Of a DNA stretch of 64,000 bases, positions 1-16,835 are shown in pieces (positions within the stretch are counted from its first letter, which is position 1; the number at the start of each line of letters is the position of its first letter). A program made the translations under genes and the position numbers. Location: NCBI RefSeq assembly GCF_050920415.1, contig NZ_CP169309.1, one strand, 5' to 3'. The notes below the pieces were generated by a model. It was not told the origin of the DNA, did no database searches, and saw only the letters and a program-made list of their open reading frames with translations. Source of the DNA: Escherichia coli (GTDB taxonomy: Bacteria > Pseudomonadota > Gammaproteobacteria > Enterobacterales > Enterobacteriaceae).

Positions 1-18
1 TATGCAGTGATTTTTTTT

Positions 19-46
19 TGCCGGGTCGCCCCGGCTTTTTTATTTT
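19..46. terminator. GC-rich hairpin flanked by T-runs; probable intrinsic terminator of the gene upstream of the window (dinI in K-12 order)
   Basis: inverted repeat gccggg/cccggc followed by TTTTTT, with a T-run before it as well. Confidence 0.4.
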
Positions 47-287
47 ACTTACGAATTTCGAGTACAAAATTTCTACACTTCCTCAAAATAATTGCACAAT
101 ATGCTAAAAAAATATGAATGACATGCTGTTTTATTGTTCATATAAATCTTAAAAGCAAAAATTTATCTGTTCCCCCCTTTAAAAATTCGGTGAATACCCT
201 TACTTATTGGTATACTGAAGTTGCTTCAGATAAAAACGCATTGAACCTCGAATAACGTTGTCTAGTAACACGAATTAGGGGGCCATG

Positions 288-542
288 ATGGAAAAAAATA
301 ATGAAGTCATTCAGACTCATCCGCTCGTAGGGTGGGACATCAGCACCGTTGATAGCTATGATGCGCTGATGTTGCGTTTGCATTACCAGACCCCAAATAA
401 GTCCGAGCAGGAAGGGACTGAAGTTGGTCAGACGCTCTGGTTAACCACTGATGTTGCCAGACAATTTATTTCGATATTAGAAGCAGGAATCGCCAAAATT
501 GAATCCGGTGATTTCCCGGTAAACGAGTATCGGCGTCATTAA
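288..542 (+). CDS. bssS: biofilm regulator BssS
   Basis: ORF track 285..542 (85 aa); translation recognised as BssS; start probably the second Met. Confidence 0.9.
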   Translation: MEKNNEVIQTHPLVGWDISTVDSYDALMLRLHYQTPNKSEQEGTEVGQTLWLTTDVARQFISILEAGIAKIESGDFPVNEYRRH

Positions 543-656
543 CATGACATGACCATCCACCCAAAAGGCACCTCACTGGTGCCTTTACCATTTCTGGGTT
601 GTATATCTGCATTCAGTTAATTACTCTGCTTAAACCATGAGAGCAGAGAGAAAAAA

Positions 657-1775
657 ATGAAATACGATCTCATCATTATTGGCAGCGGTTCCGTAGGCGC
701 TGCCGCCGGGTATTATGCAACCCGTGCCGGTTTAAACGTGCTAATGACCGACGCCCATATGCCACCGCATCAACACGGCAGCCACCACGGCGATACGCGA
801 TTAATTCGCCATGCTTATGGTGAAGGCGAAAAGTATGTCCCGCTGGTCCTCCGCGCGCAAACGCTGTGGGATGAACTCTCCCGCCACAACGAAGAAGATC
901 CCATTTTTGTACGCTCTGGCGTCATTAACCTTGGCCCGGCTGATTCCACATTTCTCGCCAACGTCGCCCACAGCGCCGAACAGTGGCAACTCAACGTTGA
1001 AAAGCTCGATGCGCAAGGGATTATGGCCCGCTGGCCGGAAATACGCGTCCCGGACAACTACATCGGCTTATTTGAGACTGATTCCGGCTTTTTACGCAGC
1101 GAACTGGCGATTAAAACCTGGATCCAACTGGCGAAGGAAGCGGGTTGTGCGCAGTTGTTCAACTGCCCGGTCACCGCAATTCGTCATGACGATGATGGCG
1201 TAACTATTGAAACCGCTGACGGTGAGTATCAGGCGAAAAAAGCGATCGTCTGCGCGGGAACATGGGTAAAAGATCTGCTCCCGGAACTGCCTGTCCAGCC
1301 CGTACGCAAAGTATTTGCCTGGTATCAGGCCGATGGTCGCTATAGCGTGAAGAATAAATTCCCGGCGTTTACCGGTGAACTGCTCAATGGCGATCAATAT
1401 TATGGTTTTCCGGCAGAAAACGACGCGTTGAAGATTGGCAAACATAACGGAGGCCAGGTTATCCATTCAGCGGATGAACGTGTTCCGTTTGCGGAAGTGG
1501 CCAGTGATGGGTCAGAAGCCTTCCCGTTCTTGCGCAATGTATTGCCGGGTATCGGTTGCTGCCTGTACGGCGCTGCCTGCACCTATGATAATTCGCCTGA
1601 CGAAGATTTTATTATCGATACTCTACCCGGCCACGATAATACACTGCTCATTACCGGCCTGAGCGGGCACGGTTTTAAATTTGCGTCAGTTTTAGGGGAA
1701 ATAGCTGCCGATTTTGCGCAAGACAAAAAAAGCGATTTTGATTTGACGCCATTCAGGCTTTCCCGCTTCCAATAA
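657..1775 (+). CDS. solA: N-methyl-L-tryptophan oxidase SolA
   Basis: 372 aa ORF; N-terminal FAD-binding GxGxxG motif (IIGSGSVG); recognised as SolA. Confidence 0.95.
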
Positions 1776-1822
1776 TCATCATTACGGCCTCCAGAATGAG
1801 GCCGTTTTTACAGGAGTATTTA

Positions 1823-1936
1823 ATGCGTCGGCTGTTGCACTATCTCATCAATAATATTCGCGAGCATCTGATGCTTTATCTTTTTCTCTGGGGTCTGTTG
1901 GCAATTATGGACCTGATCTACGTGTTTTATTTTTAG
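1823..1936 (+). CDS. yceO: small hydrophobic protein YceO
   Basis: hand translation [37 protein letters not shown] (37 aa), SD caggag 7 nt upstream; below the ORF-track size cut-off. Confidence 0.6.
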
Positions 1937-2197
1937 TTTTTCCGCACTGACATAAACTGACAAATATTTAATCTCCCTTTCATTTAGCGTGAAAAATTGA
2001 ATGAGATTCTTCCTGCCTCTACAGCACTCACCAGACCTTCCAGATGCTGAACCCACTAAACTTATGAAGATTCTTTCATTATTAATTCAAAATTATTGAA
2101 ATAAAAATAAATATCATTCAATTTGTTATTTTTGTGTTGCAATTCATTCTCCGACACGCCATTTTCTTTCTCTCGCAAATTCGTTTTGGATGCACTT

Positions 2198-2764
2198 ATG
2201 TCATTCACAAATACCCCTGAACGCTATGGTGTTATATCTGCGGCCTTACATTGGCTAAGCGCAATTATTGTCTATGGCATGTTTGCTTTAGGTCTGTGGA
2301 TGGTCACGCTCAGCTATTACGATGGCTGGTACCACAAAGCACCCGAATTGCATAAAAGCATCGGCATTTTGTTAATGATGGGGCTGGTTATTCGCGTTCT
2401 TTGGCGCTTCATATCTCCACCGCCGGGTCCGCTGCAAAGTTATTCGCCCATGACTCGTGTTGGCGCAAAGGCAGGACATCTTGCATTGTACCTATTGCTG
2501 TTCGCCATCGGCATCAGCGGCTATCTGATCTCCACTGCCGATGGTAAACCGATCAGCGTTTTTGGCTGGTTTGACGTCCCCGCGACCCTCGCCGACGCTG
2601 GCGCACAGGCTGACTTTGCCGGTGCCCTGCATTTTTGGCTCGCGTGGAGCGTCGTAGTACTGTCCGTTATGCACGGATTTATGGCCCTGAAGCATCATTT
2701 CATCGATAAAGACGACACTCTGAAGCGCATGCTGGGAAAGTCGTCATCTGACTATGGAGTATAA
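2198..2764 (+). CDS. yceJ: cytochrome b561 family membrane protein YceJ
   Basis: ORF 2123..2764; start placed at internal Met (MSFTNTPERYG) to give the expected ~188 aa; multi-pass hydrophobic protein. Confidence 0.85.
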   Translation: MSFTNTPERYGVISAALHWLSAIIVYGMFALGLWMVTLSYYDGWYHKAPELHKSIGILLMMGLVIRVLWRFISPPPGPLQSYSPMTRVGAKAGHLALYLLLFAIGISGYLISTADGKPISVFGWFDVPATLADAGAQADFAGALHFWLAWSVVVLSVMHGFMALKHHFIDKDDTLKRMLGKSSSDYGV

Positions 2765-2767
2765 AAA

Positions 2768-3343
2768 ATGAAAAAAAGCCTGCTTGGTTTAACCTTCGCT
2801 TCCTTGATGTTCTCTGCGGGTTCAGCGGTTGCCGCCGATTACAAAATTGACAAAGAAGGTCAGCACGCCTTTGTTAACTTCCGCATCCAGCATCTTGGCT
2901 ATAGCTGGTTATATGGCACCTTTAAAGATTTCGACGGTACTTTTACCTTTGATGAAAAAAATCCAGCTGCCGATAAAGTGAATGTGACAATTAACACCAC
3001 CAGCGTCGATACTAATCACGCCGAACGCGATAAACATCTTCGCAGTGCAGATTTCCTCAATACCGCAAAATATCCACAGGCAACATTCACCTCCACTAGC
3101 GTAAAGAAAGACGGTGATGAGCTGGATATTACCGGCGATCTGACGCTGAACGGGGTCACCAAACCCGTCACGCTGGAAGCGAAATTAATTGGTCAGGGCG
3201 ACGACCCGTGGGGCGGTAAACGTGCAGGCTTTGAGGCCGAAGGCAAAATTAAGCTCAAAGACTTCAATATCAAGACAGATTTAGGTCCAGCTTCTCAGGA
3301 AGTGGATCTGATTATTTCAGTGGAAGGCGTACAGCAGAAGTAA
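2768..3343 (+). CDS. yceI: periplasmic YceI-like protein
   Basis: 191 aa ORF with N-terminal signal peptide; recognised as YceI; 4-nt gap after yceJ. Confidence 0.9.
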
Positions 3344-3352
3344 GCGTGAAAT

Positions 3353-3378
3353 GTTGCCGGATGACACGCATCCGGCAA
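3353..3378. terminator. bidirectional hairpin between convergent yceI and trhO
   Basis: gttgccggatg/catccggcaa inverted repeat followed by a T-rich stretch. Confidence 0.5.
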
Positions 3379-3384
3379 TGATAT

Positions 3385-4437
3385 TTATTCTGTTGGATCA
3401 GGAATGCCCAGTGTTGTATTCAGACGTCCACGAGACTTATTAAAGATCTTATTGCCATTTTCACGTCCTGCCCGACGGCGTCGCTGTTCTTCTGGCGGTA
3501 ACGCGCTTTCTTCGCAGCAAATCTCACTACAACAACCTTTGTATTTTTCTGCACATACTGGACACTGAATAAACAGCAGGTGGCAGCCATCATTTTTACA
3601 GTTGGTATGGCTGTCGCACGGCGCACCGCACTGGTGGCAATGCGCGATAATCTCATCAGAGATACGTTCGCCCATCCGCTCGTCAAACACAAAATTTTTG
3701 CCAATAAAACGCACTGGTAAGCCCTGCTCGCGCGCCTTACGGGCGTATTCAATAATTCCGCCTTCGATATGCCAGACTTTATTGAATCCGTTATGTTTCA
3801 TCCAGGCACTGGCCTTTTCACAACGAATGCCGCCGGTGCAGTACATAATGATTTTTTTATCTTTATGTTCCTGCATCATCTCGACTGCTTTTGGCAGCTG
3901 CTCACGGAAGGTATCTGCCGGAATTTCCAGCGCGTTTTCAAAGTGCCCCACTTCATACTCATAGTGGTTACGCATGTCGATAAACAGTGCATCGGGATCG
4001 TCAAGCATGGCGTTCACTTCTGCCGCTTGCAGATACTCACCAACATTACTGGCATCGAAGTGAGGATCGTCAATACCGTCGGCTACGATGCGATCGCGCA
4101 CCTTCATGCGCAGTACCCAGAAGGATTTCCCGTCATCATCCAACGCGATATTCAGGCGTAAGCCATCTAAAGCCGGGTCGAAGCCGTATAGCTGTGCGCG
4201 AAATGTTTCAACATTGCTCGCAGGTACACTGATTTGCGCGTTAATCCCCTCATGCGCCAGATACACTCGCCCAAAAATATTCAGCGCAGTAAACAGCTGA
4301 TATAAAGCGTCACGGGTCGCTTTCGGATCGGCGATGTGGAAATACTTATAAAACGAAATGGTGGTGCGCGGTTCGCGCTCAGCCAACATTTTGGCTTTCA
4401 GCGCGTCGTTGGAAATGCGGTTGTGTAACACTGGCAT
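3385..4437 (-). CDS. trhO: rhodanese-domain tRNA uridine(34) hydroxylase TrhO (YceA)
   Basis: ORF 3385..4491; start set at [10 protein letters not shown] to give ~350 aa; rhodanese active-site Cys region (CTGGIRCE). Confidence 0.85.
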   Translation of the reverse strand: MPVLHNRISNDALKAKMLAEREPRTTISFYKYFHIADPKATRDALYQLFTALNIFGRVYLAHEGINAQISVPASNVETFRAQLYGFDPALDGLRLNIALDDDGKSFWVLRMKVRDRIVADGIDDPHFDASNVGEYLQAAEVNAMLDDPDALFIDMRNHYEYEVGHFENALEIPADTFREQLPKAVEMMQEHKDKKIIMYCTGGIRCEKASAWMKHNGFNKVWHIEGGIIEYARKAREQGLPVRFIGKNFVFDERMGERISDEIIAHCHQCGAPCDSHTNCKNDGCHLLFIQCPVCAEKYKGCCSEICCEESALPPEEQRRRRAGRENGNKIFNKSRGRLNTTLGIPDPTE

Positions 4438-4661
4438 GGTGTACGGTTCCTGCGAGATGGGAAAGTAAAAATCCGCGGCATGATATAGCAATTATCGATA
4501 ATTAACATCCACACATTTTACGCTACATTTGCGCATTAAAAATTATTTATTATTTACAAGCGCGGTAATTTCGCCCAGTCTTCAGCCACAAATTTTGGTT
4601 GCGGGCGAAAAAATGCGACAATACATACAATTGCCCGAATAGGTTGAAAAACAGGATTGAT

Positions 4662-5582
4662 ATGACGAATCTACCCAAGTTCTCCACCGCACTGCTTCAT
4701 CCGCGTTATTGGTTAACCTGGCTGGGTATTGGCGTACTTTGGTTAGTCGTGCAATTGCCCTACCCGGTTATCTACCGCCTCGGTTGTGGATTAGGAAAAC
4801 TGGCGTTACGTTTTATGAAACGACGCGCAAAAATTGTGCATCGCAACCTGGAACTGTGCTTCCCGGAAATGAGCGAACAAGAACGCCGTGAAATGGTGGT
4901 GAAGAATTTCGAATCTGTTGGTATGGGGCTGATGGAAACCGGCATGGCGTGGTTCTGGCCGGACCGCCGAATCGCCCGCTGGACGGAAGTGATCGGCATG
5001 GAACACATTCGTGACGTGCAGGCGCAAAAACGCGGCATCCTGTTAGTTGGCATCCATTTTCTGACCCTGGAGCTGGGTGCGCGGCAATTTGGTATGCAGG
5101 AACCCGGGATTGGCGTTTACCGCCCGAACGATAACCCACTGATTGACTGGCTACAAACCTGGGGCCGTTTGCGCTCAAATAAATCGATGCTCGACCGCAA
5201 AGATTTAAAAGGCATGATTAAAGCCCTGAAAAAAGGCGAAGTGGTTTGGTACGCACCGGATCATGATTACGGCCCGCGCTCAAGCGTTTTTGTCCCGTTA
5301 TTTGCCGTTGAGCAGGCGGCGACCACGACCGGAACCTGGATGCTGGCACGGATGTCCGGCGCATGTCTGGTGCCCTTCGTTCCACGCCGTAAGCCAGATG
5401 GCAAAGGGTATCAGTTGATCATGCTGCCGCCCGAGTGTTCTCCGCCGCTGGATGATGCCGAAACCACCGCCGCGTGGATGAACAAAGTGGTCGAAAAATG
5501 CATCATGATGGCACCAGAGCAGTATATGTGGTTACACCGTCGCTTTAAAACACGTCCGGAAGGCGTTCCTTCACGCTATTAA
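4662..5582 (+). CDS. lpxL: lipid A biosynthesis lauroyltransferase LpxL (HtrB)
   Basis: ORF 4599..5582; start set at MTNLPKF to give 306 aa; recognised as LpxL. Confidence 0.9.
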   Translation: MTNLPKFSTALLHPRYWLTWLGIGVLWLVVQLPYPVIYRLGCGLGKLALRFMKRRAKIVHRNLELCFPEMSEQERREMVVKNFESVGMGLMETGMAWFWPDRRIARWTEVIGMEHIRDVQAQKRGILLVGIHFLTLELGARQFGMQEPGIGVYRPNDNPLIDWLQTWGRLRSNKSMLDRKDLKGMIKALKKGEVVWYAPDHDYGPRSSVFVPLFAVEQAATTTGTWMLARMSGACLVPFVPRRKPDGKGYQLIMLPPECSPPLDDAETTAAWMNKVVEKCIMMAPEQYMWLHRRFKTRPEGVPSRY

Positions 5583-5588
5583 ATCTCC

Positions 5589-5620
5589 CATGCCGGATGC
5601 TTCAAAATGGCATCCGGCAT
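5589..5620. terminator. hairpin downstream of lpxL
   Basis: atgccggatgc ... gcatccggcat inverted repeat immediately after the lpxL stop. Confidence 0.4.
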
Positions 5621-5753
5621 TACCACAGCAAATCCCCCTGATTTAGCGATAAAAGCTCTCTGGATTGCGCCCCCTGGAAGTCGGGCGCATAATTAGTGTG
5701 CTTATCTTTTCTTCTTATGTTCACCGCGCCTGGCGCACCAACAGCGGATTGCT

Positions 5754-6980
5754 ATGTCACCCTGTGAAAATGACACCCCTATAAACTGGAAACGAAACCT
5801 GATCGTCGCCTGGCTAGGCTGTTTTCTTACCGGTGCCGCCTTCAGCCTGGTAATGCCCTTCTTACCCCTCTACGTTGAGCAGCTTGGCGTTACCGGCCAC
5901 TCCGCCTTGAATATGTGGTCCGGTATTGTCTTCAGCATTACATTTTTATTTTCTGCCATCGCCTCACCGTTTTGGGGTGGGCTTGCCGACCGTAAAGGCC
6001 GAAAACTCATGCTATTACGCTCTGCCCTCGGCATGGGCATCGTGATGGTGTTGATGGGGCTGGCACAAAATATCTGGCAGTTTTTGATCCTGCGGGCGCT
6101 GCTTGGTTTGCTTGGCGGATTTGTTCCCAACGCTAACGCACTGATCGCCACACAAGTACCGCGTAATAAAAGCGGCTGGGCGCTGGGTACGCTCTCCACA
6201 GGCGGCGTTAGCGGCGCGTTGCTCGGCCCAATGGCTGGTGGTTTGCTTGCCGATAGCTACGGCTTACGTCCGGTATTCTTTATTACCGCCAGTGTGCTGA
6301 TACTTTGCTTTTTCGTCACCCTGTTTTGCATCCGAGAAAAATTCCAGCCAGTCAGCAAAAAAGAGATGCTGCATATGCGGGAAGTGGTGACATCACTTAA
6401 AAACCCGAAACTGGTACTCAGCCTGTTTGTCACCACGTTAATCATCCAGGTGGCGACGGGTTCAATTGCCCCTATTCTGACGCTGTATGTCCGCGAACTG
6501 GCGGGTAACGTCAGTAATGTCGCCTTTATCAGCGGCATGATCGCCTCGGTGCCAGGCGTGGCTGCTCTGCTGAGTGCACCACGACTCGGCAAACTTGGCG
6601 ATCGAATCGGCCCCGAAAAGATCCTGATTACGGCGCTGATCTTTTCTGTACTGCTGTTGATCCCAATGTCTTATGTTCAGACGCCATTGCAACTTGGGAT
6701 TTTACGTTTTTTGCTCGGTGCCGCGGATGGTGCACTACTCCCCGCCGTACAGACACTGTTGGTTTACAACTCGAGCAACCAAATCGCCGGGCGTATCTTC
6801 AGCTATAACCAATCGTTTCGTGATATTGGCAACGTTACCGGACCATTGATGGGAGCAGCGATTTCAGCGAACTACGGTTTCAGAGCGGTATTCCTCGTCA
6901 CCGCTGGCGTAGTGTTATTCAACGCCGTCTATTCATGGAACAGTCTGCGCCGTCGTCGGATACCCCAGGTATCGAACTGA
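5754..6980 (+). CDS. mdtG: MFS multidrug efflux transporter MdtG
   Basis: 408 aa multi-pass hydrophobic ORF; recognised as MdtG. Confidence 0.9.
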
Positions 6981-7062
6981 TTTTTCGCCTTTCATACTTG
7001 CAAAAGCGGAGAATCAGCTATCCTTTTCCCTGAAACCTCATCAACTCAAAGGGAGAATCGTG

Positions 7063-7437
7063 ATGACCATGTACGCAACGCTTGAAGAAGCCATTGACGC
7101 TGCACGCGAAGAATTTCTTGCAGACAACCCCGGCATCGACGCCGAAGACGCGAATGTGCAACAGTTCAATGCCCAAAAATACGTTTTGCAGGACGGCGAC
7201 ATCATGTGGCAAGTTGAGTTTTTTGCCGACGAAGGGGAAGAAGGTGAATGTTTACCCATGCTTAGCGGTGAAGCCGCGCAAAGTGTCTTTGACGGCGACT
7301 ATGATGAGATAGAGATCCGCCAGGAGTGGCAGGAAGAGAATACATTACATGAATGGGACGAGGGGGAATTTCAGCTTGAGCCACCGCTGGATACGGAAGA
7401 AGGACGGGCAGCTGCTGATGAGTGGGATGAACGCTAA
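7063..7437 (+). CDS. msyB: acidic protein MsyB
   Basis: ORF 7060..7437; highly acidic 124 aa product; recognised as MsyB. Confidence 0.9.
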   Translation: MTMYATLEEAIDAAREEFLADNPGIDAEDANVQQFNAQKYVLQDGDIMWQVEFFADEGEEGECLPMLSGEAAQSVFDGDYDEIEIRQEWQEENTLHEWDEGEFQLEPPLDTEEGRAAADEWDER

Positions 7438-7665
7438 TTACTCATACGGGCCATGATGAATGTCGATCGGCAGCAGTAAAGTATCAAAAACCAGGGAGAA
7501 TGGCAGATCAAGGATCGTGACATAACGCCAGGCGGAGTCACGCACATCCCATTGCACACCAGGATAATATTGGTTGCCATGCCCCTGCCCCGGTATAGTG
7601 CGACTAATAATACTGCCGCAGCCACTCAACAAGGTCACCATAATACTGACCATGATGAAACGCAT
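7438..7665 (-). CDS. yceK: lipoprotein YceK
   Basis: 75 aa ORF with lipobox LLSGC. Confidence 0.85.
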   Translation of the reverse strand: MRFIMVSIMVTLLSGCGSIISRTIPGQGHGNQYYPGVQWDVRDSAWRYVTILDLPFSLVFDTLLLPIDIHHGPYE

Positions 7666-7729
7666 TTGATACCTCTCCCGTAAAAAAATACCGGCATAAC
7701 GCCGGTATTTTTATTGGCTCGTTGTTTTT

Positions 7730-7826
7730 GCCGGATGCAGCGTGACCGCCTTGTCCGACCTACAAAATATTGCAAAATCAATACATCGTAGAACGTTGTA
7801 GGCCTGATAAGCGTAGCGCATCAGGC
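7730..7826. repeat. REP/BIME palindromic elements between yceK and opgH
   Basis: gccggatgcagcgtgaccgccttgtccgacctac and gtaggcctgataagcgtagcgcatcaggcc match the E. coli REP consensus. Confidence 0.7.
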
Positions 7827-7835
7827 CACTACGTT

Positions 7836-12018
<4,183 letters not shown>

Positions 12019-12300
12019 TCAGCACGCTGGCTCATGGATTAAGCACCTGATTGCAACCGTTTTCACTTTCCGTGCTTCTCCTAAAGACAGAAGCATCGAC
12101 TTCGTGTAGGGTTTGCCAGCAAATTTATTTATCAACCGTCTTACAGACGCTTCCATTCTGGTTAGTGGTAGCGATGATGCTATGCATAAAAACCTTGAAG
12201 CCTGCGCCTGGCGCGGTCAGGTCGGTGTCGCTATGGCAACAAGCCTAAAGGCATAACCCGACAGAGATAAGACGAAAAATCCGAGATTAGTTAACCATAT

Positions 12301-13458
12301 ATGAACCCAGTACCCGCGCAACGTGAATATTTCCTCGACTCCATCCGCGCCTGGCTGATGTTGTTAGGGATCCCTTTTCATATTTCTTTAATCTATTCGA
12401 GCCATACATGGCATGTGAATAGCGCCGAACCGTCATTGTGGCTGACCCTTTTTAATGACTTCATCCACTCGTTCCGCATGCAGGTATTTTTCGTTATATC
12501 CGGGTACTTTTCCTACATGCTTTTTTTACGCTATCCCTTGAAAAAATGGTGGAAAGTACGTGTCGAACGTGTAGGGATCCCGATGTTAACAGCCATCCCC
12601 CTACTGACATTGCCGCAATTTATTATGCTGCAATACGTCAAAGGGAAAGCGGAAAGTTGGCCTGGACTGTCATTGTATGACAAATATAATACGTTGGCCT
12701 GGGAATTAATATCGCATCTGTGGTTTTTATTGGTGCTAGTGGTCATGACGACGCTGTGCGTATGGATATTTAAACGCATCAGAAATAATTTAGAAAATTC
12801 TGATAAAACGAATAAAAAATTCTCGATGGTAAAATTATCGGTGATTTTTTTGTGCCTCGGCATCGGTTATGCGGTAATAAGAAGAACGATTTTTATTGTG
12901 TATCCACCCATTCTGAGTAACGGCATGTTCAATTTTATTGTCATGCAAACGCTATTTTATTTGCCGTTCTTTATCCTCGGCGCACTGGCTTTCATTTTCC
13001 CTCATCTTAAAGCCTTGTTTACCACGCCGTCTCGTGGCTGTACCCTCGCAGCAGCATTGGCATTTGTCGCTTACTTACTCAACCAGCGCTACGGCAGTGG
13101 CGATGCCTGGATGTACGAAACCGAGTCGGTGATCACGATGGTCCTCGGTCTATGGATGGTGAATGTGGTCTTCTCCTTTGGCCACCGTTTGCTTAATTTC
13201 CAGTCGGCGCGGGTGACTTACTTTGTTAACGCATCGCTGTTTATCTATCTGGTTCATCACCCGTTAACGCTGTTTTTCGGCGCGTACATTACACCGCACA
13301 TCACCTCCAACTGGCTTGGTTTTCTCTGTGGCCTGATATTCGTAGTAGGGATTGCGATAATTCTGTATGAAATTCATTTACGCATCCCGTTACTGAAGTT
13401 TTTGTTCTCTGGTAAACCGGTTGTTAAGCGTGAGAACGATAAAGCACCAGCCCGTTAA
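12301..13458 (+). CDS. opgC: OPG succinyltransferase OpgC (MdoC), acyltransferase-3 family membrane protein
   Basis: 385 aa multi-pass hydrophobic ORF; recognised as MdoC; divergent from opgGH. Confidence 0.9.
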   Translation: MNPVPAQREYFLDSIRAWLMLLGIPFHISLIYSSHTWHVNSAEPSLWLTLFNDFIHSFRMQVFFVISGYFSYMLFLRYPLKKWWKVRVERVGIPMLTAIPLLTLPQFIMLQYVKGKAESWPGLSLYDKYNTLAWELISHLWFLLVLVVMTTLCVWIFKRIRNNLENSDKTNKKFSMVKLSVIFLCLGIGYAVIRRTIFIVYPPILSNGMFNFIVMQTLFYLPFFILGALAFIFPHLKALFTTPSRGCTLAAALAFVAYLLNQRYGSGDAWMYETESVITMVLGLWMVNVVFSFGHRLLNFQSARVTYFVNASLFIYLVHHPLTLFFGAYITPHITSNWLGFLCGLIFVVGIAIILYEIHLRIPLLKFLFSGKPVVKRENDKAPAR

Positions 13459-13465
13459 GCCGCGT

Positions 13466-14896
13466 TTACAATAACCATTCCACAGGCAATATCGACGCCA
13501 GTCTGACCATAACCCGCTTCCAGAAACTGGTAGCGGGTTCTTTTTTGAGAACAATTTCTTTCTTTGCATGACGATCAACCCAGTTGATCCGCCCCCACCT
13601 GTCCAGACGGAGCTGCCAGGCCGCATCATACTGGCTCTGAATAAAGCGTTTATCAATTAACTCTGCCAACGTTTCGCTCTCTATCACGAACCCCATTTCA
13701 GTATTGAGCAATGTCGAACGTGGATCGAAATTGAAAGAGCCAATAAACACCGTTTTACCATCGATGCTAAAGGTTTTAGCATGCAGGCTGGCACCGGAAT
13801 TACCGGTTATGCCGCGATCGTGTAACGTACTACTTTGTTCACGCGTCGGTTTGAGTTCATATAATTCCACGCCGTAGCGGAGCAATTTTTTGCGCCAGCG
13901 CGCGTATCCGGCATGGACGACAGCAACATCGTTAGCGGCAAGAGAATTGGTTAGGATCGCAATCTTTACCCCTTTTCTCACCATCCGTAAGAGTTGCGCC
14001 ACACCTGCGCGTGTCGGTACAAAATAGGAAGAGATAATATCGATGCGTTCACTGGGTGAGCCCATGATATCGAACAGGCGTTGCGGTAACAGTGAATGCC
14101 GTTTTGCCTTGCCTTCCCCTTTCGCCGGATCATCACTTAATAAACGTGTTTTCGCCCAGATAAGCGGCAACGTTCCATCAACCAGATGATTTATAAACGG
14201 GCTGGATTCCATTTTGCGTAAATAACGATGCGTCATGGCATCGTCATGCCAGGAGGCGGGTAACTCGATGCGATCCGCCATTTCACCTTCCGGGACATCC
14301 AGCACCTGCTGTAAGGGTGAAACCGATTTACAATACCAGTAGCGGGCGAAATCATCGGCAACGTCCTCTACAACTGGTCCTATTGCCATGACATCTAAAT
14401 CCGAAAAAAGTGGCTCTTCCCCTGCACCAAAATAGGCATCACCAATATTTCGCCCCCCTACCAGCGTCACCACGCCATCGACAGTGAAACTTTTATTGTG
14501 CATACGGCGATTGAGACGGGAAAAGTCGGTGATATAACCAAGCGGACGTAGCAAGCGAAACGAGAAAGGATTAAAAAGCCGGACTTCAATGCGGGGATGA
14601 CTGTCAAGCAAGCGTAAAATGTCGTCAAGTCCGGGTGTATTGTTGTCGTCCAGCAACAAACGGACGCGAACGCCACGCTTTGCTGCGGCTAACAGGGCGG
14701 AAAACAGTAACCGACCCGACATATCGTCCTGCCAGATGTAATACTGAACATCCAGCGTATGCTCTGCCATTTCGGCCAGACGATACCGGGCGGCAAACGC
14801 ATCCAGACTTTTCTCCAGAGGGAAAAGGCCACACTGACCGGGATGTTGCGAACACAGTGGCAGCACCGCGCTCGCCAGCCGGGGCAAATCATTCAT
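13466..14896 (-). CDS. clsC: cardiolipin synthase ClsC (YmdC), phospholipase D family
   Basis: ORF 13466..14956; two HKD motifs ([18 protein letters not shown]); start uncertain, placed at MNDLPRL where it overlaps the ymdB stop. Confidence 0.85.
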   Translation of the reverse strand: MNDLPRLASAVLPLCSQHPGQCGLFPLEKSLDAFAARYRLAEMAEHTLDVQYYIWQDDMSGRLLFSALLAAAKRGVRVRLLLDDNNTPGLDDILRLLDSHPRIEVRLFNPFSFRLLRPLGYITDFSRLNRRMHNKSFTVDGVVTLVGGRNIGDAYFGAGEEPLFSDLDVMAIGPVVEDVADDFARYWYCKSVSPLQQVLDVPEGEMADRIELPASWHDDAMTHRYLRKMESSPFINHLVDGTLPLIWAKTRLLSDDPAKGEGKAKRHSLLPQRLFDIMGSPSERIDIISSYFVPTRAGVAQLLRMVRKGVKIAILTNSLAANDVAVVHAGYARWRKKLLRYGVELYELKPTREQSSTLHDRGITGNSGASLHAKTFSIDGKTVFIGSFNFDPRSTLLNTEMGFVIESETLAELIDKRFIQSQYDAAWQLRLDRWGRINWVDRHAKKEIVLKKEPATSFWKRVMVRLASILPVEWLL

Positions 14897-15422
14897 CTCC
14901 TTGTTGGGTAAGGAGTCTTTCGTAGAGGTGGGCGTTTTCTTCATCATAACAGACAAAGTATACCTGTTCGGGTAAAGCGTGACGGGTAATAAATTCTGAA
15001 ACGGTTTTTACTGCGATTTCAGCCGCTGCCGCACGAGGGTAACCATAAACCCCAGTACTAATTGCAGGAAAAGCCACTGACGTATAGCTGTTTGCCGCCA
15101 CCAGTCGTAGGCTATTGAGATAGGCATCCTGCAAAAGCTGGTCTTCGTTTTGTTCACCACCACGCCAGACTGGCCCGACGGTGTGCACTACGGCTTTAGC
15201 GGGAAGATCGCCTGCAAGCGTAATAACGGCATGCCCCGTAGGGCAATCGCCCTGCTGTTGCCTGACTTTTAAACAGGCATCCAGAAGGGCCGGACCCGCT
15301 GCGCGATGAATGGCTCCATCGACGCCGCCGCCTCCCATTAATGACGGATTAGCCGCATTCACAATCACATCAACGGCCAGTTTGGTAATATCACCCTGCA
15401 CAACATGAATACGCGTTTTCAT
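14889..15422 (-). CDS. ymdB: macro-domain O-acetyl-ADP-ribose deacetylase YmdB
   Basis: 177 aa ORF; recognised as YmdB. Confidence 0.9.
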
Positions 15423-15516
15423 AACGCCTCCTTACACCTTCTTGTTTCTTAAGTGTACAGCAGGCTTTTTGGTTAAATCGCATTTTTCTGCTCAGCAAGG
15501 TGAGTTGTTCAGAAAC

Positions 15517-15896
<380 letters not shown>

Positions 15897-15897
15897 C

Positions 15898-16281
<384 letters not shown>

Positions 16282-16339
16282 ATTCATCTCCCGAAAAAAA
16301 ACAGGGCTTACGCCCTGTTTCTGTAATACGAAATATAAA

Positions 16340-16795
16340 TTAGTACTGATGAGCGGTCGCGTTGTTGCCAAAACCAACCTGAGTAACGTTTACGCTAGAG
16401 TTAGATGCAGTTTGATCAACTGCAGCACCGTTACCACCACCAAACTGTTTAACAGTCATTTCAGAGTTTTTACCGTTCCACTGATCAAGAGTGGCACTGT
16501 TACCGAAGCCACGTTGGGTCAGATCGATTGAGCTGTCATCAGAGCCCTGACCAACATCTGCACCGTTACCGCCACCGTGCTGGGTAATCGTCAAGTCAGA
16601 GTTACGAGCATCAGTTTGCAGAGCAAGTGCAGAGTTACCACCACCGTACTGGTAAATATTCAGCTCTGAATTTGGGCCGCTATTATTACCGCCACCGCCA
16701 TGGTGACCACCACCGCCATACTGAGGAATAGAACCTGCCAGAGCGCTACCAGAGAATACGATTGCTGCAATTGCTGCTACTTTTAAAAGTTTCAT
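16340..16795 (-). CDS. csgA: major curlin subunit CsgA
   Basis: 151 aa ORF; signal peptide and five imperfect curlin repeats (SxxxxxQxGxGNxA). Confidence 0.95.
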   Translation of the reverse strand: MKLLKVAAIAAIVFSGSALAGSIPQYGGGGHHGGGGNNSGPNSELNIYQYGGGNSALALQTDARNSDLTITQHGGGNGADVGQGSDDSSIDLTQRGFGNSATLDQWNGKNSEMTVKQFGGGNGAAVDQTASNSSVNVTQVGFGNNATAHQY

Positions 16796-16835
16796 GTAAA
16801 ACCCCCATCGGATTGATTTAAAAGTCGAATGGAAA

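Noticed and set aside
811-1203. 130-aa plus-strand ORF inside solA in another frame
   Set aside because: Alternate frame of solA with a basic, low-complexity translation.
1820-2056. 78-aa minus-strand ORF between solA and yceJ
   Set aside because: Overlaps the better-supported plus-strand yceO and has no SD.
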